DNA of 64,000 bases from Octopus vulgaris (Eukaryota). This document shows positions 11,091 to 26,109 of the stretch, in pieces (position 1 is the stretch's first letter; every line of letters starts with the position of its first letter). The notes under the pieces are model-generated. The model had not been told where the DNA came from. It made no database searches and saw only the letters and a program-made list of their open reading frames with translations. The stretch lies in the NCBI GenBank assembly GCA_951406725.2, contig OX597825.1:70866001-70930000 (forward strand), read 5' to 3'. The position numbers and the translations under genes are program-made.

Positions 11091-12851
11091 ACATCACTGC
11101 TTGTATGATAGTGATGCTTGTTTATAACCACAACAAAATCATTCTTGGTGTATAAGTGGACTTATCCTTTTTGGTTGTCATTTTTAGCCTGAAAAATTTC
11201 ACCAGCATGCATGAAAATGAAGTATTGAGCCTATTTTAAGGTGGTAGTTCACAATTGAGGGGAATTTGGTTTACATATCTAGCTGATCGACTGACTATGG
11301 GCCTGCTCCATCATTGGCTTAATTAGAAATGGTTATATTTAGCAGTGATTAAACTATTGTTATACTTCAGAGAATTGACTTTGAAAATGCACATTATGTC
11401 TCAGCTATAAATAATTATTTCTTGAGAATTAATCAACATTTACAGAATTAATCAAGACTTACATTCCAGAAGCAGCTTTAATTAGAAACTTACACAGTAA
11501 TGAATGGTTTTTCTGTGTCATCTTGCCATCTGAAAATACGAATTCTACAAGGAGACAATGGGAGCCTTTACATGGTTGCAAGATCTGCTGGAAATAACAG
11601 CCAAATCACTCAAAAATCATAATTAAATGACTATAAAAATAAGAGATAAAAAATTAACATAGTGGATAATGTAATCCTAGATATAACATGCCTGAAAATA
11701 AGATGGGATGGTCACAGCTGGAATGGCTTTCATCAGAGATCTACTTGATCATGGCTGACCAAAGACAAAACAAGACAATAACAATCTAAAGGTCAGTAAG
11801 GAATCATCTAAATGGTCTTTTGATCTGCTAGAAAAAGCAGCCAGAGCTCCATCTAATATCTACCCTTCTGTTTTCAATAAAGAAAAGGGCATATTAGATA
11901 AGGTAGTCTTTGACATAACCCTAAAAGAGATGGAGAAGGATGGGACCATGGGTCCCATACTTTTGATCATAGGTTGTTTACATAGAGCCAACCTAGCAAC
12001 AACCTATAAAACAAAAACAGCAGATATGTTGATGACAAATTTTAATCCTTATAACAACTCATAATTCAGCTCAGCTACAGCCACCTATCCTGCTAAAAAT
12101 AGCATACAAATGTCCTTCAAATCATATGCTGAAATGCACATTATTTACATTTGATGGATATGCCCACGGGCATTTGGTGAAGTGGTTAAGAGTGCAGGCT
12201 ACTAACCCCAAGATTCTGAGTTCGATTCCAAGCAGTGATATGCTGAAATATTGTCAGATAACTATTCTATCATTTTCTTTTTACCAAACCACTAGGTTAC
12301 ATGGATGTAAGCAAACCAACACTGGTTGTCAAGTGGTAAAAGGACAAGCACAAAGATGCACACATACACGTTACACACAAGTACATACATATCATCATCA
12401 TCATCATCATTTAACATCTGCTTTCCATGCTGGCATGGGTTGGACAGTTTGACAGTAGCTGGCAAGCCAGAGAGTTACATCAGGCTCCAATTGTCTGCTT
12501 TGGCATGGTTTCTATGGCTGAATGCCCTTCCTTAATACCAACCTTTTTACAAAATGTACTGGGTACTTTTTTATGTGGCACCAGCATGGGTACTTTTTAC
12601 ACACACACACAGAACAAGCTTCCACACAGTGTCCATCAACCAAATTCACTCACGAGGCATTGGTCAGTCCAAGGCTACAGTAGAAAGCACTTGGCCAACT
12701 TGCTGAGATGCACAGTGGGACTGAACCTAAAACCACATGAATGCCAAGCAAACCTTTCAACCACACAGCCATGCTTGCACCAAACTAAGAAACAAATTTC
12801 AAGTTAATAATAACTTTTTTGCATGTCATTCCATATATCACCACCCATCTG

Positions 12852-13164
12852 TTTTGTTGTTTGTTTGTTCCTTCTCGAGCCATGCCTGGCTTATAAGGGC
12901 CGGTTTCCCAGTTTCCTTGGCGTATAGGTTCCTCACCTGGATGGGACGCCGGTCCATCACAGGTGAGCTGCAAGATGCAGAAGGAAAGAGTGAGAGAAAG
13001 TTGTGGCAAAAGAGTCAGCAGAAGTTCGCCATTACCTTCTGCCGGAGCCGCGTGGAGCTTAGATGTTTCGCTCATAAACACACACATCGCCTGGTCTGAG
13101 ATTCGAACCCGCGATCCCTCAGCCGCAAGTCCGCTGCTCTAACCACTGGGCCATATGCTTCCAC
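12852..13164 (-). mobile_element. tRNA-Arg-derived SINE (OR-like), full length
   Basis: Highly similar to 10792-11090. Perfect 15-bp TSD atcaccacccatctg (12837-12851, 13165-13179). Confidence 0.9.
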
Positions 13165-14406
13165 ATCACCACCCATCTGATTTACCATTGAAATACAATG
13201 GTGCTAAGATAGAAAATGCCTTAAATAAAGACTGGATTATCGCAACTGAGATATCTTGGGTTATAGATCAGCTGAGTCAGAGACATTTTGGAACATAAAC
13301 AACAAAAACAACAGCAACAACATTTTCAAATAGCAAACATGAAAAGTCACCTCAACAAAGGTGGCAGTTGGCGAAATTCTGTGTTACTAAACAAAACACC
13401 TTGCAGTATTTGTTATCACTCTTTACATTCCAAGTTCAAATCCAAATTTTACAGAGTGCGTTGGGTGATTTTATATGGCACCGCACAAGTGAGTTTACTT
13501 GGTGCTACACAGATACTTTTACATGTTACCACCAGAGGGAGTGGTCTTAATACTTCTGCTGCGTAATATAGGTTTTCTTGAGTACAGAAAGACAGAGAGA
13601 GAGAGAGAGTGAGAGAGAGAAAGAGACAGGGAGACAGAGACAGACAGATAGATGGATGGATGGATAGATGGATGGATGGACGGACGGATGGATGGATAAA
13701 TGGATGGATGGATGGATAGATGGATGGATGGATTGATCGATGGATAGATAGATAGATAGAAGGATGGATGGATAGATAGATAGACAGACAGACAGATATT
13801 GTACAAAGGTGATGAACAACACAACACAAAGATGAGGTAAAAAATAAACATAGAGTAGGTAACTGACACTCGGAAAATAACAGAAAAAGAAGGAAATGTC
13901 TTAATGTTTTGAGCATATGCTCTTCTTCCGAAAGATAGAATAGAGAAGGAGAGGAAATAACGAAGAAAGAAAATTAGGTGTGTTTGTGGATGTTTTTGTT
14001 TGCCTCCAATACCACTTGCCAACCAGTGTTGGTTTGTTTACAAGCAAAGAGACAAATGGAAAAGGTATCAGACTTTAAAATATAAAGAAATAGAAGGGTT
14101 AAATTGTTTAATTAAACCCTTCAAGGCAGTGCTCCAGAATGAGCACGGTCCAATGATTAACACAAACTAAAGACAAAAGACCGTCAGCCCACACCCACAA
14201 CTGCCTACTCTCGCCACACCACAACATCTTTACTACATGACGTATGTTCATACTCCATGATGTATGTATATATACATACATACATATATACACCTATATA
14301 TACATATATAGATATAGATATACATATACATACATATATATATACATATAGATATACATACATACATACAAATAGATATATATACATACATATAGATATA
14401 TATACA

Positions 14407-14475
<69 letters not shown>

Positions 14476-14590
14476 TAGTCAGGTGTGTTTTCTCACCAAC
14501 CACATGATGAAGCAGCTAAAACTTCAAAATGATATCACACCTACTATTATTACTACAGGATACGGAGGTAAGCAGGGATGTACAGGTACA

Positions 14591-14628
<38 letters not shown>

Positions 14629-14968
14629 ACTACTACCGCTGCTACTGCTGCTGTTACAATTACTACTGCTACCTGGGCAGGTGTGAGTAATGGGAGTAAA
14701 CACTGGTATCATTCAGTAGCAGGAAAACAATTAGTTCTTACTGAGTCTATAAAGAAAACTGTAAACAATGCAGGGAAAAAAAAATACAAGGTGTGCAGTA
14801 GTAGGTGAAGTAGCAGCAGCAGCAGCGATGTATCTCCGGAGACTGATACTGACCTAATACAATACACAGCATTACCTCACAATATCTCATTACATACATT
14901 ATATATGTACTACTATACAGGCAACTGTGTGTGTTTGTGTTTGCGTATGAGTGTGTATATGTATACGC

Positions 14969-15095
<127 letters not shown>

Positions 15096-15212
15096 ACATA
15101 TATGTATGTCATCATCATTATCACCATCGTTTAACGTCCGTTTTCCATGCTAGCATGAGTTGGACGGTTCGACCAGGGCCTGGGAAGCCAGGAGGCTGCA
15201 CCAGGCTCCAGT

Positions 15213-15602
15213 AAGTGGCTTGCTTACCAACCACATGGTTCCAGGTTCAATCCCACTTCGTGGCACCTTGGGCAAGTGTCTTCTGCTATAGCCTCGTGCC
15301 AACCAAGGCCTTGTAAGTGGATATGGTAGACGGAAACTGAAAGAAGCCCGTCGTATATATGTATACATATATATGCATGTATGTGTATATGTTTGTGTGT
15401 TTGTGTTTGTTCCCCTAACATCGCTTGACAACCGATGCTGGTGTGTTTATGTCCCTGTAAGTTAGTGGTTCAGCAAAAGAGACTGACAGAATAAGTACTA
15501 GGTTTACAAAGAATAAGTCCTGGGGTTGATTTGTTCGACTAATGGCGGTGCTCCAGCATGGCCACAGTCAGATGAATGAAACAAGTAAAAGAGTGAAAGA
15601 GT
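15213..15602 (+). mobile_element. SINE family A
   Basis: Head-to-tail match to the family consensus, ending gaaacaagtaaaagagtgaaagag. Confidence 0.9.
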
Positions 15603-15805
15603 ATACAAATGCATATATATATATATGTCACCATGGTTGACCGCTAACTCCAAAAGTTTTTTATATTCTCTCTGTTTATTTCCCCATGTGCCTTTCTGTT
15701 GAAGAGCATAGGCTCAAAACATAAAAAACTTTCTCACCTTCTCAAGCGTTTAACTAATACACCTAGCTTCGTCTTTTGTTTTTGGGTAAATTTCAACTAC
15801 ATATA

Positions 15806-15869
<64 letters not shown>

Positions 15870-15872
<3 letters not shown>

Positions 15873-16400
15873 TTAGCTATGTCTTAAATAACCACCTAAG
15901 GGATATTAAAAATCCAAAGAATTTACTGGGTTTTTTACCTATATAAATAACAATGTCATGAACAAATAAATAGGTAAATAAATAAATAAAATAAGGATAC
16001 AGTTTATCAATATATAAATATAAATCAGAAATGGAAACCAAAATAATAAATTGAACAATTAAATAATTTAATCATTAAATTATTAAAGTAAATTCAATTT
16101 TATTATTTTATACAAACAAATGACACACATCTAGTAAATTACAACTGTTTCTACACCATTAAAAAAGACACGTTTTTCAAGAATAATAAAATACCATTTT
16201 AAATATAATGAGGTTTCATCAGACAGATATATCTTCATAAATATCTTTTGAAAAATAGCAATCGAAAATTTTTATAACTGCTAACACATATCAAAAAAAC
16301 GGTTTTTAAGAGCAAGCTTAATCATAAATAATCTGAAATTTCATAAATTTCTAAATATCTAGTTCTATAACCAATTTTGGTACATAATATACAGACATAT
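15870..16400 (-). mobile_element. Penelope-like AT-rich element with hammerhead-like core
   Basis: Minus strand 16226-16139 reads ctgtCTGATGAaacc...ggtgtaGAAACAGTTGT. Bounded by (TA)n. Confidence 0.5.
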
Positions 16401-16542
16401 TTATATATCATCATCATCATCATCATCATTTAGATATATATATATATATATATATAAATATATATATACATACACACGTACACCTATCCATTTTCATATA
16501 TATACATACATGCATATTCACATATACAAGTTTACTTATTCA

Positions 16543-16597
<55 letters not shown>

Positions 16598-16696
16598 CAT
16601 GTATACATATACAATTACATACAATTTATTATTTTGGTTTCTATTTCTAATTTAAATATATATATATATATGTACACACACACACACACGAAAATA

Positions 16697-16980
16697 GGCA
16701 CGGGAGTGGCTGTGTAGTAAGAAGCTATAGATACAGGTGTGGCTGTATGGTAAGATGCTTGCTTCCCAACCACATGGCTCTGGGTTCAGTTCCACTGCAT
16801 GGCACCTTGGGCAAGTGTCTTCTACTACAGCCTCGGGCCAACCAAAGCCTTGGGAGTGGATTTAGTAGACAAAAACTGAAAGAACCCTGTCATATATACA
16901 TATATATACATGTATATATCTATATATAAATATATATACATGTATATATCTATATATAAATATATATACATGTATATATC

Positions 16981-17031
<51 letters not shown>

Positions 17032-17288
17032 GGATGGATGGAGATGAGATAGAGAGAGATAGATGTATATATTCTTGTGTCTGTATATCTGTCTCTCCCT
17101 CAACCATTGGTTGACAACAGCTGTTGATGTGTTTATGTCCCCATAACTTAGCAGTTCAACAAAAGAGACCAATAGAATTAGTACTAGGCTTAAAAAGAAT
17201 AAGTCCTGGGCTCAATTTGTTCGACTAAAGGCAGTGCTCTGGCATGGCCACAGTCAAATGATGGAAACAAGTAAAAGAATAAAAGAAT
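16697..17288 (+). mobile_element. SINE family A with expanded internal microsatellite
   Basis: Duplicated head (16697, 16735), 30-bp TA-rich tandem in the middle, family tail. Confidence 0.88.
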
Positions 17289-18259
17289 ATAATATACATA
17301 TATTTCTGTTAAAAGAGCATAGGCTCGAAATGTAAAAGACTTTCCCACCTTCCTGGGTGTTAAACTAATACACCTGTTTGTTGCTTATACACCTGTCTTC
17401 GTCTTTTGCTTTTCTGTAAATTTCAACTATATATATATATATTATATATATACATATATATATATATGCCTAATTGACTTCATTAACTTCACTACTTGAC
17501 ATGAAAGAGTTGGAGATGAAGGGGAGAACTTTGGCCACCAATAAATTTGCAATAAGTTTCATGGTGGTGAAATATGGTCTGGTCAGCTTTTGAGGCTGAT
17601 AAAATATAGCATCAGTCAAACATAATGATTTTTGATTTGCCATTCATCTCAAGACTACTGACCTTATGCGTACATCAGAAACCACTATTAATGATTTCAA
17701 ACTTTGGCACAAGGCCAGCAAGTTGGTGGGCCGGGAGGGGGGGGTTGCAATGTTCAATTGATAATTATTTTACCAACCCCAAAACAATGGAAAGTAGAGT
17801 TGACCTCATCGGAATTTGAACTCAGAAACATAAAGACTGACGTGATACCACTAAGCATTGTACAAAAGATTCTGGCAGCTGGAGCCTAAGAAACTATTAT
17901 TATTAACACTTAACAAAAACAAAGAAAAACAAAGCAAGCTGGCAGAAGTGCAAGGGCTTGGAACATATGCTTCGTGATGTTTGTTCCACCTCTTTACATT
18001 CTGAGTTCAAATTCCACTAAGGTCAACACTGCCTTTCATCTCACCAAGGTTGATGAAGTAAAGTACAAATCAAGTAGTGGAGTCAGTGATAATGATTAAC
18101 AACCTCCCACTAAAATCACTGGCTTGATGCCAAAATTTGAGACAATCATTATTACCATAACCTTCGCCTTGGGCTAGCATCTTCTCCTACAGATATCGTC
18201 CAGCCAAATAATACCTTATGGGTGAATTTGGTGGATGGAAGCAGCATGAAAGCCAGTTA

Positions 18260-18292
<33 letters not shown>

Positions 18293-18847
18293 CCTCCTAC
18301 AGCTTGATAACTGGTGTTGGTTTGTTTGTAACCCTTTAACTTATTAGTTCAGCAAAAGACACCAATAGAATAAGTACCAGACTTGACAATAAGTACCGGG
18401 GTCGATTTGTTCAGCAAAAGCATTCTGCTCATTGCCCCAGAATGGCCACAATCCAGTCACTGAATCAAGCAAAAGATAAGACAGAAACCACCATTTTCAT
18501 AAATTTTTTGTATTGCAAGATGGCTGCCTCGGATGTAAGTAGCTCAGGAAGAGGTACTTACGATGGCAGTGACCTCAGCAGAATAAGCAAACATGCCCAC
18601 AAATTATTTTTAAACATGAAATAACATATTTAGAAAAAGAAAAAAAAAAACGATGAAATCATTCAATTTCTTTGTAAACCTGCCATGTACTTATTTTAAC
18701 CTATCCCCAGCATTCTCTTAATGTTCTTTTATCCATTGCCCTTGCAGCAGCAATAAAAAATCACCATCACCATTACTACAACCATCATCATTCAAGCCCA
18801 TCTTTCTCTCTCTTCCAACATTTTTGGCCATATCACTCAATATAAAT

Positions 18848-18884
<37 letters not shown>

Positions 18885-19045
18885 GTTTTGCAGATCCTTC
18901 ATCAAAATATGAAGAACTGAAGACCAAAAAAAAAAGGAAGAATCAAAACATTCCTGGAAACATTTTATTGTTAAGAAAAAAGAAAGACTGCCTACACCAT
19001 ATCTCTCTTCTCTATGTCCATAAAGCAAAGTATTTATAGACCAGC

Positions 19046-19160
<115 letters not shown>

Positions 19161-19198
19161 CACACACATAAATATATACATATATATATACACACATA

Positions 19199-19232
<34 letters not shown>

Positions 19233-19277
19233 CACACACATAAATATATACATATATATATATATACACACACATAA

Positions 19278-19317
<40 letters not shown>

Positions 19318-19345
19318 CATAAAAATATATATGTGTGTATATATA

Positions 19346-19381
<36 letters not shown>

Positions 19382-20270
19382 TGTATGTATGTATGTATGT
19401 ATGTATATAGATATTATATATAAAATTATATATAAAGAGAGAGTAGGGGAGAGAAAGAGATACATAAGTATAGATTTACTGCTGGAGATCAATAACCCAT
19501 TATTGGGTTAACGAAATTTGAAACCTAGCAGAAACGAGAGATATCTTGGCACTTTAAAGGATGAAGTAAATTGACAACAACAAAAAAGAAAACAAAAAAA
19601 AACGAAATGCAAAAGGGGAAAAAGAAATCAAAATCAAAAACAAAAAAAAAAAGAGAAAAGAAATGAAGAAGAAAAAGAAAAAGAAAAAGACGGATGACTA
19701 TAATGTATAACAACAGTAAATCTACATCAAACTACTCACACCCATCAAGAATCATTGTTGTGTAGGATAAAGCAATCCAGTTTTAAAACTATTATGCCAA
19801 GGCCTGCCATCTTATCCAGTAAAATTTATGAATGATGGATCACAATGATGAAACTGGAACAGCGAAATGAGCCTACACTAAGTTAATGCAGCTGTAGGCT
19901 AGTAGCAAGAAGGCACTTGCCTTTAAGTGGAACAAGGGTAACATAGTGTTGCATGTGCTTGTGGCGGGGGAGAAAGGGGGTACCGCAAAACTCCCTATGT
20001 GGTTTCCCCCACATTACCCCACACTCGTTTGAGAGGGGTCTTTCTCTCCTTGTTATCTTGTTGTTCTACACTGTTATCGCTGTTTATTCTTATCTGTTTA
20101 TTTACTGTATCTTTATTGACCTGATCTTATTGATCTAACCCTTTTTACTCCATATACCTCTCTTTCCCCCTCATATTTTTCTTGCTTGTTTTTTCTAATT
20201 TCCTCTTTGTACTACTACCCCCAATGCCTTGAGTCCTTATGGCTAATGAAATAAATTTTTATGATTATAG

Positions 20271-20331
<61 letters not shown>

Positions 20332-20500
20332 GGCAGTGAGCTGGCAAAATCATTAGCTCACTGGATGGAATATTTAGCAGCATTTTGTCAGTTCAAATTC
20401 TGTCAAGATCGACTTTGCCTTTCATCTTTTGGGGTTGATAAAATAAAAAAACAGTTAATCACTATCACAAATTTCAGGCCCTGTGCCTTCAATAGAAAGG

Positions 20501-20559
<59 letters not shown>

Positions 20560-21429
20560 TATTATTTAAGGATAGGGCAAAATCAGTTAAACAGTAGACT
20601 AAGACAGATCTTTACAGTCAAGTTTAAATCTTGACAGCTGCCATTTTTAGCTTTCATCTTTCCTGGGTTGAAAAAATGAAGTACCAACCAAAAACAGGAG
20701 TTGATATAATCAACACTTCCTTCTCACAATGTAACCTTGTGTCTTAAGAAAATAATTCATAAGAGGCACCCACTACACTCTTGGAGTGGTTAACGTTAGG
20801 AAGGGCATCAGCTCCCCAGCTTACCAGTTTTGGAAAACAGACATATGATGATGATTAACTCAATAGTATATTTATACCTACCTACTTTCTGTGTCATGGT
20901 AAGGAAAGTAACTCAAACAGAATAATGAAAAAAAGCAATCGGTAATTGTGTTAGTGCTGATGAAAGAGACAACAGCAGTGACATTGCTGTTGGTAACAGT
21001 AAATGGAGAACGACACAAAAAGGTAAACGTAAAAAGTAAAGTTACCTTCTTGAATAATGCTGACTCTAAAGTCAGTTTCCCGGTTTCCATCAATAATATC
21101 AATACGCTAACTTTTTGTCTTTGTACGTATGGTCGTACCTGTGGTGTGTGTCACATTTGAAAGGGAAAGTAAAAAGGTTGAAGGGAGAGGTACAAAGAAA
21201 AAGTGGCTTATAAATTCCTCATTTGGGTGTGACACCGGTGTGTCACAAAGTTACTCACTTTTGCCAGCTGAGTGGACTGGAGTAATGTGAAATGAGGTGT
21301 TTTGCTCAAGAACACAACATGTCACCTGGTCCAGGGATCAAAACCACAATCTTATGACCATGAGTCCAACACCCTAACCACTTAAGTCACATGTCTTCAC
21401 ATAAAGACATACAGAGAGAGAAAGAGAGG

Positions 21430-21460
<31 letters not shown>

Positions 21461-22059
21461 GAAGAGAGAGAGAGAGAGGAAGAGAGAGAGAGAGAGGAAG
21501 AGAGAGAGAGAGAGGAAGAGAGAGAGAGGAAGAGAGAGAGAGGAAGAGAGACAAGATTAGCATGCACATCAGAGAGACAGAGAGAGAAAACATGAGAGAA
21601 GGAGGGAAAGAAAAAAAGGCTAGACAAAAAGAAAGAGATAGTAAACAAGTTGATAATGGTGAAGAGTGGTAGCAATGGTGTTGGCAGTAGTTGACAACAT
21701 GGTTATTTGTTATTTGTCACGACTTTTGTTTGCTGTTCGGTGGTAGCGGCAGTGTCAGTGGTGGTGGCGGTGGTGGTGGTGGTGGTGGTGGTGGTGGTGG
21801 TGGTGGTGGTGGTGGTGGTGGTTTTTGCTTGGTGACAATTACTTGCACTAAAGCACATGTGTTAAATCATACGAGATTTTTAATTATTATAAATTTCATT
21901 GCACAAATATAAATAGTTTGCTGTCTTACTAAACTTATTACAACCACCGCTACCACTTCCATTATTTAACGCCCTTCCAACATCTTCACCACAATAAACT
22001 TTTACAGTTCTCAGCGTATATATATGTGTACATATGCACATGCATGTGTGCATGTATAT

Positions 22060-22450
22060 TTGTGTGGTAAGAAGCTTGTTTCCCAACCACATGGTTCCAG
22101 GTTCAATCCCACTGTGTGGCACCTTGTGAGTGGATCTGGTAGATGTAAACTGAAAGAACCTCATCATATATATATATATATGTGTGTGTGAGTGTGTGTG
22201 TGTGTATGTGTGAGTATCTATATATCTATATGTTTGTGAATGTGTGTGTGTGTTTCAGTGTCTGTGTTTGCCCCCACCACCACTTGACGACCAATGTTAG
22301 TGTGTTTACATCCTCCATGACTTAACAGGTTGGCAAAAGTGACCAATAGATTAAGTACCTGTGTTAACAAAAAAATAAGTACTAAAATAATTGTTCAAAG
22401 CAGTGCCCCAGTATGGCCGCAAGCTAATGACTGAAACAACTAAAAGATAA
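22060..22450 (+). mobile_element. SINE family A (diverged)
   Basis: Head and tail motifs present, internal deletion. Confidence 0.8.
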
Positions 22451-22453
22451 ACA

Positions 22454-22504
<51 letters not shown>

Positions 22505-23035
22505 CACACACACATATATATATACAGGGCTGTGGAGTTGAATCAAAAAACTTTGCCTTTCATCCTTTCGGGGTCAATAAATCAAGTAGCAGTTGAGTAC
22601 TGGGGTTGATGTAACCAACTAATCCCCTCCCCAAAATCTGAGGCCTTGTACTTCTAGTAGAAAGAATTATTATTATCGTTGTCATGGACAATGATAGTAT
22701 CTCCTGATTGGCATCCATGCCAGTGGCACATTAAAAGCACCATTCAAGCGTGATCATTGCCAGTGCTGCCTGACTCACCCCTGTGCCGGTGACACATAAA
22801 AAGTACCATTTGAGTGTGGTTGATGCCAGTACCGCCTGACTGGCCCTCATGCTGGTGGCACGTAAAAAACACCCACTACACTCTTGGAGTGGTTGGCGTT
22901 AGGAAGGGCATCCAACTGTAGAAACTTTGCCAGATCAGATTGGAGCCTGGTGCAGCCTTCTGGCTTGCCAGCCGTCGGTCAAATCATCCAACCCCTGCCA
23001 GCTTGGAAAGCAGATATTAAACGACGATGATGATG

Positions 23036-23070
<35 letters not shown>

Positions 23071-23271
23071 AACTACTACTACTACTACTGCTACTACTAC
23101 TTCTGGTAGCAGCTACAACACATTTATTCTGATTGAATAAACACCATACAAGATTTAAATTTGCCACACATGCACACATCCAATCCTGTATGTTTTGAGT
23201 TTAAATCCCTGTTTTTCATCTCTTTCGGATTAAATGAAAGGATAAGCACCAGGTTTGTCTTGGAATCCAAT

Positions 23272-23316
<45 letters not shown>

Positions 23317-24233
23317 AAGAGAGAAAGAGAGAGAAGGAGATGGAAAACAAAGAGAAAAACAATAAGAACAGAGAAGAAAGAAAAACAGAAAAATAATGAA
23401 GAAAAAAAACAACAAAAACAAAAAAGAAAGAACATGATCGTAAAAAGACTGCTTTTATAAATAGAATGAAGTCAAGTGACCTGCATGAAAAATATCAATA
23501 TTAAAAGACATTTTGGAAATAATAGCAGAATGCTAATCGAGGCCATTGAAAACAGACAAAATATTGGCCAAACTGATACGTGAGTGAGTAGCTGGTGGAA
23601 TGAGATTATACATCAGGCAATGATGGAATGAATGAGAGTCTATATAAATTAGAAGAAAATAACGCTAAGATATTGATCTTTGCATTGGCGAAAGCATCCA
23701 GTGAGCATTCAATAGGAAACTGCATGAGTTTATCTGAGGAGGTTTAAAGTACATGCTGCTATATTCCGTCAGTCATAATCACACGTCGCTGGACAAATGA
23801 CTAATGTCTTACGTGCGTACAACACATCTTGGTTTTGTCGAGTGTACAATGACCCATTTTTCGGCTTTCACATTGTAATCATTTCATTTCAATTATGTTT
23901 TAACGAGTGTTACAAGATGGGTTCCTTTGTTTCCAGGAATTTAATTGATCGACCCACAAACGAAATCACGAAACAAGAATGCATTTTAAATAATTAACAT
24001 GATTCATATATAATTATAACAGTTTTGTTCATATTTTTTTTTTTATGTTGTTAAAAACAACAAAAACGAAAATAGACACAGGTGTGGCTGTGTGGTAAGA
24101 AGCTTGCTTCGCATCCTGTGTGGCCTTGGGTTCAGACCCACTGCACAGCATCTTGGTCAATATCTTCCACTATAGCCCAAGGACAACCAAAGCCTTCTGG
24201 GTGAATTTGATAGATGGGAACTGAAAGAAGCTC

Positions 24234-24275
<42 letters not shown>

Positions 24276-24485
24276 GCTCTTGGCTTATTTTTCCTTGGGG
24301 CTGGCCAGATTGGAGTAATCTTAAGATTAATCAGCCGAAATTGCGAGGATGATCCGGTTCTTGGCTGAGGATAAAAAGCTTCGACTGACGCGTCCTTGTT
24401 TTTTTGTATCATCTATCTGGATGTTTTGTTGTCCCTTTTTGTATCACCTAGTTGTCTGGATGTTTTGCGTTCTTGTCCCATTTTG

Positions 24486-24524
<39 letters not shown>

Positions 24525-24623
24525 TAACGGCGTACGTACACTTTGTTCTCTTATATACCTACCTACATACATACATATAAACATACATACATACATACAT
24601 ACATACATACATACATACATACA

Positions 24624-24654
<31 letters not shown>

Positions 24655-25552
24655 GTATTTATACATGTGTTTCAGCATTTGTGCATGTCCACCACTACCG
24701 CTTGACAACCAGTGTTGGTTTGTTCACATCCTTGTAACATAACAGTTCAGCAAAGAGAGAATAACAAAATAAGTACCAGGTCTAAGAATCAGCAAGCAAT
24801 TCGTTTGACTAAAACCCTTCAAAGATGGTGCTGCAGAATGCCAGCAGATGTAGAAGACAGAAGATAAAAAGGTCTACCAAAATTCAGTTCATTCACATAC
24901 ACTTTTGGTTACTATGACTACAATACAGTACTTAAACCCAAAACCCTGCCCTGCCCTGCCCTGCCCTCCCCCCTTTCAGTATCCAAGACCTTTCAATGAA
25001 CCCATTTTCCTTGTCCCAGTCTCTCTTCACATGTCCATTCTGTTTAATACATCTGCTTCTTGAATTCAGCAGACTTGATTTAACTGATCCTTGACATGCC
25101 ACCCCAGCAAGATCATAGTTAATACATCGGCTAATTAATCACAGACTTCAGTGGCCCTGATCGTGTTTCAACCAAATCTTAGAAACCATCTAAGCATATA
25201 CACCTACCATTCAAGTGTTTCCTTCCCTTCAAAACATAATACATCAGACCATTCTCTTCATTCTCTTGTCCCACTCACTGAATCCATGAGTGGCACACAT
25301 ATACACACACACACACACACATACACATATTACACACTGATATATATACATACACATATATATTTATAGATACATACACATATCTATAAATATATATAAC
25401 ACACACATATATGCACACACACACACACTCACCAGAAGCAATAAATTACAGGATTCAGTACAAATGTAGGGTATTCTTTTATACATTAAAATTGAGAAGA
25501 GTAACTCTGAGTGCAGGAAATCAGAGCCTTTTTATTTATCTATCTATCTATC

Positions 25553-25596
<44 letters not shown>

Positions 25597-25901
25597 TATT
25601 TGTTCATATATCACCTCTTCTTTTTAACCATTCTACCAATGGTTTGAGATGGAGATTTATTTCAGTCAAGATTTGATGTCTAGATGTTCTCTGGCCAACG
25701 CTTACCTGTTTTCCAAGTGATAGGTATCATTATTCCACACATTATCTTAGAAAGCACAGAACAATTGGTCACAATGCCAACAAGGAATGTCAACACCAGC
25801 ATCACTTCACTAGATTGTTGAAGCGAGTAAAATATATAAACTTTGATACATACATTTGCACGTGCATGTGTATATATTTATATAGACATAAATACAAATA
25901 C

Positions 25902-25940
<39 letters not shown>

Positions 25941-26009
25941 GATAGATACAAATACATACATATATATATATATATAAAAAAAAACAAATACATATATATA
26001 TATATATAT

Positions 26010-26040
<31 letters not shown>

Positions 26041-26059
26041 TAGACAGATATAAATAGAA

Positions 26060-26109
<50 letters not shown>

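Noticed and set aside
13529-13542. CTCF-like motif ccaccagagggagt (weaker ones at ~44833 and ~57424)
   Set aside because: A single short motif is expected by chance in 64 kb, with no supporting evidence
19900-20260. Possible L1/Tx1-like 3' UTR remnant
   Set aside because: Resemblance limited to a pyrimidine-rich tract and aataaa end, no coding motif
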